DNA of 63,984 nucleotides, the filler included, from Octopus bimaculoides (lineage: Eukaryota): assembly GCF_001194135.2 (NCBI RefSeq). It is 7 parts of 7 records of this genome, joined end to end, with 100 filler letters (N's around TTAATTAATTAA, not from the genome) between each part and the next. Parts side by side here need not be neighbours in the genome. Positions count along the whole stretch, not along the records: positions 49,350 to 62,621 come from NC_068997.1; positions 62,722 to 63,984 come from NW_026389853.1; 5 more parts are not named here. The stretch is one strand, 5' to 3'. A program made the position numbers and the translations under genes. Shown here in pieces: positions 55,654 through 63,984 of the stretch (positions within the stretch are counted from its first letter, which is position 1; the number at the start of each line of letters is the position of its first letter). The notes below the pieces were generated by a model that made no database searches, was not told the DNA's origin, and saw only the letters and a program-made list of their open reading frames with translations.

Positions 55654-56417
55654 GTAAGGCAAGCAAAATAAAATCAAGGCTTACTAGTTTTGCTATCAAA
55701 TTAACACAAAGGTGCTGAACTGGCAGAATCATTTCCAAGCTGGGAAAAATGCTTAGTGACTTTGCATTTTATCCTTTTGGGGTCAATAAAATAAGGACCA
55801 GTTGAGTACTGGGGCTGATGTAATCACCTTACCCCCTTCCTCAAAATTGTTGGCCTTCTGCCAAAATCTGAGACCATTATTAAATAACTTGAAAGCAGTG
55901 AGCTGGCAGAATTAGTAAGCTTGGTACTTATTCTATGGGCTTTTTTCAGTTTCCGTCTACCAAATCCACTCACAAGGCTTTGGTCAGACCAAGGTAATAA
56001 TAGCAGACACTTGCTCAAGGTGCTATGCAGTGAGACTGAACCGAGAACCATGTGGTTGGGAAGCAAGCTACTTACCATACAGCCACTCCTGCATGGTAAG
56101 ATATAGATGAAATGGTTAGCGGCATTTCATCCACCTTCATGTTCTGATCCTCTCATCTTTTTGGAGTCAATGAAATAAGAACCTGTTGAACACTGGGGCC
56201 AAAGTAATTGACTAGCCCTCTCCCTACAAAATTTCAGGCCTTGTGCCTATAGTAGAAAGGTGCCTGGATAATATACATATTCTCTGTTGTTCATGTTTGG
56301 GAATCTAGCTGGAAAATTTAATGATAGTTGCTTCTGATAGGACCTTATGGCAGAGGAACCTGAGGGCTCTACTCCCACAACATTACCAAGAATAGTGGAT
56401 GGCAAAAATGGATGGAT

Positions 56418-56460
<43 letters not shown>

Positions 56461-57153
56461 TTTATTCTTTTATTTTTTTACTTGTTTCAGTTATTAAACT
56501 GCAGCCATGCTGGGGCACCACCTTCAAGAATTTTAGTTGAATGAATCAACCCCAGTACATTTTTTAAGCCTGGTACTTATTCTGAAATGGCCAAATGAGG
56601 CTGAAATCACATGATCTGGTAGTCCAAGCAGTAGAAGTAGCAGTGATTGTCTACTGCTGGTGATAATTACGATGTGCTTTTATGCACCATATAATCACAT
56701 GAAAGTTTTCTCCCTTGGTAAATATTGTGTTCTAATGCAACTTTAAGTAATGAATATTTTACCTTCTATATATATATATATATATATATATGAGTGAATT
56801 TACCAGTTGGTTTTGCACCAGGGATTCATTCAACAGAGTGTTAGGTAACAGTCCAATCATGTAACCCTGCACTCTTCATAACTACATAATACAATTTATT
56901 TCTGGATATTTCTACTTTTCTATTCAGCATTTACTTCACTAAAGCACCTCACTTGTTTTAATGAAATACAGAGCTAGTCAAAGTGTCATGTCAGAAAATT
57001 GCCTTTGATGTTTGTGTTTGGTTTGCATGTTAGTAGGAGTTAGAGGGTAGGAGTGAAGTACATAAATGTAGAGGTGGTGGTGGTGGGTGGAGAATTATTC
57101 AGGAGATTGATTGATTGATTGATTGCTTTTTATATTTTTGTTTTCTAATTCAG

Positions 57154-57374
57154 CTGAAGAACAAGAAGAGCTGGAGAGGACTCATACGAAACTGTCCTTA
57201 TCCTTAATTCCACGCGAAAGCCTAGGCAGTGAGAAGAACTTGGAGGTTGAAGATGTAGAAGAAATACAGCAGGAAGAAGAGGTCGAGGAGCACATTTCAG
57301 AAACTGCATCAAATACCGAAGTTGTTGAGACAGAAGATAACGATAATCCACTAGCAGAAGATACTGAACAATAA
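57154..57374 (+). CDS. MDH1B: MDH1B-like terminal exon (Glu-rich tail)
   Basis: TTTTCTAATTCAG| acceptor, phase 1. It encodes (A)EEQEELER...EDTEQ* and is followed by AATAAA. Assignment to this gene is by phase and proximity. Confidence 0.7.
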
Positions 57375-57390
57375 TTAGTTTATAATCTGA

Positions 57391-57396
57391 AATAAA
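57391..57396 (+). terminator. Candidate polyadenylation signal
   Basis: AATAAA 17 nt after the stop codon; a second one lies at 57481. Confidence 0.45.
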
Positions 57397-58359
57397 ATAT
57401 TTTATTAGTGTAAAAAAAAAAGAAAAAGATATTAATGACAACAACATTATTTTTCTGTTACCATTATTAAGCAAAAATGAAATAAAAACATCAAAACTAA
57501 ATAGAAATACCCCAAAATTTTATTCTCTAAACCCATTGTAAATTCCCTAAAAATTTATTATATCCCACATGGAAAAATTTGCTTTTCGTATGAAGCAAAT
57601 ATACAGAATATAAATAACAATAGCGAAGCTTGTAAAAAAATAGGTAAATATATATCCATTTTATAAAAACAATACCTTTATACGCACACACACACACACA
57701 CACACATGAACACATAGATATATATATATACACACACCTAAACATACATGCATACATATATATAGATATCATTTATTTAAAGGACACAATACATGTCAGC
57801 CGGTTGGTCGGTCTGTAGGTAGGTCGATAGGTAGGTATGTATGCAGATGTGTATGTTTTGTTTTATGTATGTATTCTCATGCATATAGTTGCATGTCCAA
57901 GCATGCTCATATATACTTACATGATAAACATTTAGAAAGGTTTACAAATTTTTATAGTTCCAGTGATAGATTGGATCTGTAGTCTTTGAATTATCTTTCT
58001 CCTTCCAGGTTTTGAGAAGCCTAATTTCTCAAGATTAGTATTTAGGCAGTGTGTTGTATGTATGTATGTATAGGCTTCTCTGTTTTGTCTAGCAAATCCA
58101 CTCTGAAAGCTTTGGTTGCGAGTTTATATATATGTATGTGTGTGACTGTGTTTGTGTACAATGGCTGCATTCTAGACTTCTGTGTCAAATATTGCATGTA
58201 AATAGTTGCAGTTTGATACACAGCATTGTAAAGTTTTCTCCTGTATTTGCTTCTCATATTTCTGTAGACGTCGGTCCTAACAAATCTCTGAGATAAAGAA
58301 TGATTTATAAGAAGTAAATAAATTAAAATTGCGTAAGTTAAATAAAATGTAACCAAACA

Positions 58360-58735
58360 GATGCAGTAAGAGCTGCATGGTTAAGGAGTGCCCTTGCAGC
58401 CACATAGCTTCAGTCTTAATGGGCAGCATCTTGGGCAAGTATCTTCTATTATAACCCCAGACAAACCAATGCCTCGAGAGGGAATTTGATAGATGGAAAC
58501 TGTGTGGAAGCCCATCAAGAGTGTGTTTCTTTGTGTCTGTGTTTGTCTCCCATCCCAACAAGCACACTCAATAACTGGTGATGGTTTGTTTATATTTCCA
58601 TAACTTAGACCAATAAGATAAGTACCAGATTTTAAAAATAAGTGATGTAGTTAATTTGTTCAATTAAAACTCTTTTAGGCAGTGTCCCAGCATGGCTGCA
58701 GTCCAATGACTGAAGCATGTAAAAGAAGATGAAAG
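58360..58735 (+). mobile_element. SINE family A, strongly diverged
   Basis: CTTGGGCAAGTATCTTCTATTATA core and CCCAGCATGGCTGCAGTCCAATGACTGAA tail. Confidence 0.7.
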
Positions 58736-59683
58736 ACAGATAGAATTAAAAAAGAATTAATCCTTTTCTCATTTGATAAATTAGGAAATATTGTCCATAA
58801 AATAGTTAAGATTTTGCATAGCAAATTAACGCTTTTCTTACAAAATTCAATGAGAAAAAAACAGGCAGCTGAAATACATTGCCTTTCCTTCACTCAATTT
58901 TGGAAATACTGAAGAATTAAGTAAAATATCTGGTGCTTAGAATATAAAACACCACAAAATTTCAATGAACAATGTTAATTTAGATAATTTTAAATCAGAA
59001 CATTTGTATCATACACTTAGGGCAGTATCACGTGGGTTGATGTGAAAAGGATTACTTCTCAAATTACAGAATTCAACAAAATTGCCAAAGTTAAGAAGAT
59101 TGAAAACTGATCAGTTCTATTATAACTGATTAACCACATAGGGGCATGAAACAGCCCACAAATTAATTAAATTAACGGATCCAGCATTAAAATAAAAGAT
59201 TTAATTGTTGTCTGATTTAATACCATTCCCTCAATCTTTGAATTAGTAGGTGGTGTCCATTTTGCTGCAAATATATCTTCTCCCCTTGCTCCAACCAATC
59301 ACAGTGATTTTGAACAAGGGGACATAACTAAAGTCATTTACCCTCTGATTCGAGTATTCAATGCCTTATCTCTTTTTTTTTTTATTCAAGGGATAACCAC
59401 CCAAAGTTATCATTATTCATTTAACCTATGGACCTATGGCAGATTTGGTTGTTAACATGATACTTTACACACAGGCACATACATACACATTATATATATA
59501 TATACATACATACATATATATATACATACATATATATACATTCATATATATATACATACATACATATACATTCATATATATACATACATGTATATACATA
59601 CATGTATATATATATATATATAGACTGTTAACAGATACTATATATTTTGTAAAATTTTGTTTTATAAAAGTATATATTTAATA

Positions 59684-59761
<78 letters not shown>

Positions 59762-59862
59762 CTTATGATATTTACTTTGTATTATATTATACTTATTTAT
59801 TGTGCTTTTNNNNNNNNNNNNNNNNNNNNNNNNNNNNNNNNNNNNNNNNNNNNNNNNNNNNN

Positions 59863-59908
<46 letters not shown>

Positions 59909-60359
59909 AAAATTATAAATAAGGGTATCTCTTGGATATCCAAGAGATACCCTTATGCTGCCACTTGATTTTGATCGCTATTTAAAATCTTATCTTTATT
60001 TATCTAGAAATTTATATATATATATATATATTTATATATAAAGTAAGATTCAGTTGAATTAGGCACCTCATTAGGTTGGAATAATACACACACAAAACAA
60101 TATTATGTAAATATAAACTTTGGAACAGAAGTACCGACAGCTGAATTTGACCCAGCTGAATATATAATCTGCTCTTGAGCTCTTCAGATATGTGCGTCTT
60201 ATCTGACATATAGTTCAAAATAAACTTCAGAATTTGTGAAGGGCATGTTTCAAGATAGGTAAATAAATTATAGATAAGTAACAATTGAAGAACAGGTGTC
60301 GACACCTGCCCAACAATTGTTACACCTTCCGTCTTTCATTTGCCATATATATATATCTT

Positions 60360-60740
60360 AAGGCACTCTGTCGCTTACGACGTCGAGGGTTCCAGTTGAT
60401 CCGATCAACGGGACAGCCTGCTCATAAAATTAACGTGCAAGTGGCTGAGCATTCCACAGACACGTGTACCCTTAATGTAGTTCTCGGGGATATTTAGCAT
60501 GACACAGTGTGACAAGGCTGACCCTTTGAATTACAGGCACAACAGAAACAGGAAGTAAGAGTGAGAGAAAGTTGTGGTGATGAAAGAGTACAGCAGGGTT
60601 CACCACCATCCCCTGCCGGAGCCTCGTGGAGCTTTAGGTGTTTTCGCTCAATAAACACTCACAATGCACGGTCTGGGAATTGAAACCGCGATCCTATGAC
60701 CGCGAGTCCGCTGCCCTAACCACTGGGCCATTACGCCTCT
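60360..60740 (-). mobile_element. tRNA-derived SINE, fourth family
   Basis: Minus-strand head GGCGTAATGGCCCAGTGGTTAGGGCAGCGGACTCGCGGTCATAGGATCGCGGTTTCAATTCCC has A and B boxes and continues into a ~300-nt non-tRNA body. Confidence 0.75.
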
Positions 60741-60795
60741 CCACACACACACACACNNNNNNNNNNNNNNNNNNNNNNNNNNNNNNNNNNNNNNN

Positions 60796-60843
<48 letters not shown>

Positions 60844-60847
60844 TGTA

Positions 60848-61014
60848 TGTGTACAGGACGTCACAAAACATACAATATGAAATACGAAAACAACATGAAA
60901 TACAAAGGCAAACCAGGGTATGTGAACAACGAGAGAAACAAATGGAAAACAAGACAAGTAACAAAGAATGACCCTTCATTAGTTGTTGGCTGTTTATCTA
61001 CTCCACATTTCGAG
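60848..61014 (-). mobile_element. Second full copy of the short repeat at 11100-11269
   Basis: Minus strand CTCGAAATGTGGAGTAGATAAACAGCCAACAACTAATGAAGGGTC...GTCCTGTACACA, flanked by TA tracts. Confidence 0.7.
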
Positions 61015-62175
61015 ATATATATATATTGAGAGAGAGAGACAGACAGACACACATAGATAGATAGACAGACAGATGTATGTGTAAGTATATGGGTTATCAT
61101 GTTTTGTGTGCAAGTACGTGTGTATGTTTACACATTTACACACACACACACACACAGATATATTTAATAAAGGCTGGAATTTCACTGATTCAACAAGCTT
61201 CATCTTTCATTCTGGCCCCAAAAGATACAACCTGGTGTACCATTAGTATCAGCTTCTTTTAAATATTCTAACACTACAACTTTGCATGGGATGTCTTTTA
61301 TCTTGAGTTTGCAACTGCTAACATGCTTCCACTTATTATTTATGCATGCATTCATACACACATGCAGACACACAGACAACACACATGCATAAACGCATGC
61401 CCATGCACACATATATCGTAAAATTGATTTTTAAAAAATCTAAGTACAGAGAACTTGCCATTGGGAGTGAAAAGTCAAATGTTTTGGAAAGAATCCTTCT
61501 TCAAGAAATTGAAAGGAGAGAAAGGTCCGCATGATATGGTCCTATACTCTTTAAGAGTAGCAGCCAGTTTTTCCAACTTCAAGGATGTAAAACTCTTCTA
61601 TCTTTCATTAATTTCCCACTCTCCTTTCAACTTTTCCCTGAAGAAACACACTGTCCAAAATTTTGGAGTCTCCACTCCCCATGGAAAGTTAACCGGGCAC
61701 TTTTCATCAATTCATCAATATTATATAAGCCTTGTGAATGCAGACCAACACCAACTTGTTTGGAGTCTGTTTGATCATATGTGTGTATGTATATATATAT
61801 ATGTATGTATGTATGTATATGTATATATGCACACATGCATATCACACTAATCTATCATGGCTTTTGAACTTTGTATGTTAATACCCTTTTTCTCCAATTC
61901 ATTTTCCCAGCATGTTTAATCACAAATCCTTCCTCTTCCACCTACACCACTGCCTCAAAAATCACCTCACCATGCTTCCTTTCTGCTGCCTTCAAACTTC
62001 TATTAATATTTCATTAACTCTCTTTGTTTTTTTTCATTATCTCTCCACATTGTTCCTGAGCGTCAAACTAATACACTTGTTTGTTGCTCCTTCACCTGTC
62101 TGAATCTTTTGTTTTCTTTAAATGTGTGTGTGTGTGTGTTACAGAGTACTTATAATGTTGTTTGTACACTTGGTC

Positions 62176-62283
62176 TTAATGGTCCATGATTCGCATATTT
62201 CCTGACACAATTTTATTTTCCAGGACAGATCCCGATGGTATATCTATTCGGGATCCATGGTTGGCAATTATTATTACAGTACC
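62176..62283 (-). CDS. UGP2: UDP-glucose pyrophosphorylase, last coding exon
   Basis: Strong acceptor TTTTTTGTTTTTTGCAG|, phase 0. It encodes [35 protein letters not shown], nearly identical to the known animal UGPase C-terminus ([35 protein letters not shown]). This frame is absent from the ORF track. Upstream exons were not found in the window. Confidence 0.96.
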   Translation of the reverse strand, partial: GTVIIIANHGSRIDIPSGSVLENKIVSGNMRIMDH

Positions 62284-62329
62284 CTGCAAAAAACAAAAAA
62301 AAGAACAGATGCAACAAATTAATTACAAT

Positions 62330-62621
62330 GGGTGACACATGATATCTTTCGAGCGACATTGTTGCCAGTGCCCCTGGACTGGCGCTTGTGCGGGTGACAC
62401 ATGAAATGTTTCGAGCGGGATCGTTGCCAGTGCCCATGGACTGGTTCATGTGCGGGAGACACATGAAATCTTTTGAGCGGGATCGATGCCAGTGCCCCTG
62501 GACTGGCTCATGTGCGGGTGACACATGAAATCTTTCGAGCGAGATCGTTGCCGATGCCCCTGGGCCGGCTTGCGGGTGACACATGAGGTTTTTCGAGCGA
62601 GATCGTTGCCGGTGCCCCCGG
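62330..62621 (+). repeat. 62-bp minisatellite (about 4.8 units, runs into a gap) in the UGP2 last intron
   Basis: Units start at 62330, 62392, 62454, 62516 and 62574. Consensus GGGTGACACATGAAATCTTTCGAGCGRGATCGTTGCCAGTGCCCCTGGACTGGCTCATGTGC, homologous to modules at 49420-49480. Confidence 0.92.
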
Positions 62622-62895
62622 NNNNNNNNNNNNNNNNNNNNNNNNNNNNNNNNNNNNNNNNNNNNTTAATTAATTAANNNNNNNNNNNNNNNNNNNNNNN
62701 NNNNNNNNNNNNNNNNNNNNNGATCTTCACACGAGAGCTATTCTTTCGATATTTGAATGTTTCACGTGCACTATAGTAGGTTCATTTTTTTAGCACATGA
62801 CAAACGTTTTCATTGGCAGCTTTTTCATGTTGTTATTTCATATACTCTATTTCATTGGCCGATATATTTCATGCGTTTGGCTTCCCTGATGTTTA

Positions 62896-62929
62896 TCAGA
62901 TCCTGTTTTCCCGAGAAAACAGGATCTGA
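62896..62929. repeat. Perfect hairpin, 15-bp stem and 4-nt loop
   Basis: TCAGATCCTGTTTTC-CCGA-GAAAACAGGATCTGA. Confidence 0.85.
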
Positions 62930-63537
62930 AAAAAATCACTGGCCAATCCATTTGTACTTGTGCCTGTGTATTCTAAGCTGTGTCCTGTTTTTGTCAGACT
63001 TGTGTATTTGTTTATCGTTTAATCATTAGTCGGCTTATTATTCTGTCCTATTGTTTGCTTGACTACATCCTGTTTTGTTAGTTGTCCATCATGGATTATT
63101 GTTTTATATCTGAAGTCGCTAAAGATTCTTTTGATATATTTTGTGAGGAATTATACATGTGTGCATATTGGGAAACTCTGTATTAAACACACACACACAC
63201 ATGTACATGGGCATATGATTATAAATATTTTTTCCAAATTTGTGTACATGATTATAGAATAATACATCAGTTGAATAAAGTTACAACGTGGTCTGGTTTT
63301 TACGTTTTTTTATTATTGTATTTAAAAAAAAACAATTTTTACAAAACTGTATTGGCCTGACATGTTAGAGTTGATATGTGGGTTCGATTCTAGCCTGGTA
63401 AGCTCATCATTTTCCAGTCAATTGTTTAGATTTGTCGCTTTAATCGGAGTATATATATTATTATAAAGCATTATTATATAGTTATTGTTATTGTGTGTGT
63501 GTGTGTATATATATACATACATATATGCATACATACA

Positions 63538-63619
<82 letters not shown>

Positions 63620-63700
63620 AACAAATAGTAAATGAGTATATGCATATATACGTACAGGTATGTGCATACCGACATCCACCTGTATGTATAGGTGCATATC

Positions 63701-63828
63701 TGGGTACAGGACATTGCAAACAAAACGTAGACGAGAAAACACACAAGCCACATAGAGAACATTCTACTTCATCAGCTACCCACGTTTTAACACCGGCGTT
63801 TCGAAGAGCTTGGGCAGGACGCATCATT
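63701..63828 (-). mobile_element. Short repeat related in layout to 11100-11269
   Basis: Minus strand CTTCGAAACGCCGGTGTT...CTGATGAAG...T-rich...GTCCTGTACCCA. Confidence 0.55.
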
Positions 63829-63984
63829 AAAAAATATATATATATACATACATACATACATACATACACCACACACACACACACAGACCAAAGTGTACGT
63901 AGTGGCGCCATTGGAATCAATATATGGGGGCCCATCCCCTCAAGTTTGAGAATTTTTTATTCATTCCTGGAAGAATGCATTAAT

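Noticed and set aside
60670-60740. tRNA-like sequence with A and B boxes
   Set aside because: It lacks a complete acceptor stem and runs into a SINE body. The other tRNA-like heads in the window are also SINEs.
61455-61850. Overlapping ORFs on both strands downstream of the UGP2 stop
   Set aside because: No clear homology and interrupted by stops. Probably UGP2 3'UTR or a decayed retroelement.
62330-62621. Regularly spaced repeats resembling a CRISPR array
   Set aside because: Units are contiguous with no unique spacers, there are no cas genes, the context is eukaryotic, and the unit matches an RTE 3'UTR module.
63215-63250. Minus-strand KFGKNI resembling the TFGKNV motif of the penultimate UGP2 exon
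   Set aside because: The surrounding residues (DHLTVSGDV) and splice sites are absent, so that exon must lie outside the window or in a gap.

Overview
AT-rich, microsatellite-dense animal genomic DNA with many N gaps. The SINE and LINE content and microsatellite style suggest a cephalopod (octopus-like) draft assembly; this is inference. Two protein-coding genes are recognisable. (1) An MDH1B orthologue on the + strand: five exons at 50436-57374, first coding exon not found. It carries an N-terminal CPYY glutaredoxin-like module, a degenerate MDH catalytic site and an acidic tail. (2) The last coding exon of UDP-glucose pyrophosphorylase (UGP2) on the - strand at 62176-62283, convergent with MDH1B. 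The rest is a layered transposon landscape: a decayed DD37D maT element, a Penelope-like element, a CR1/L2-type 3' end, RTE fragments, three NeSL/HERO-like RLE retrotransposon pieces, a mariner derivative, a piggyBac-type MITE and several tRNA-derived SINE families. Most long ORFs in the supplied track are artefacts of microsatellites or N runs. I cannot show a new biological system from sequence alone. The best leads are a SINE-LINE pair sharing a 40/41-nt 3' tail, RLE retrotransposons stacked in an (AAT)n tract, a short repeat family carrying permuted hammerhead core boxes, a patchwork locus with a perfect 87-bp inverted copy and an RNP1-like motif, and the MDH1B-UGP2 linkage.
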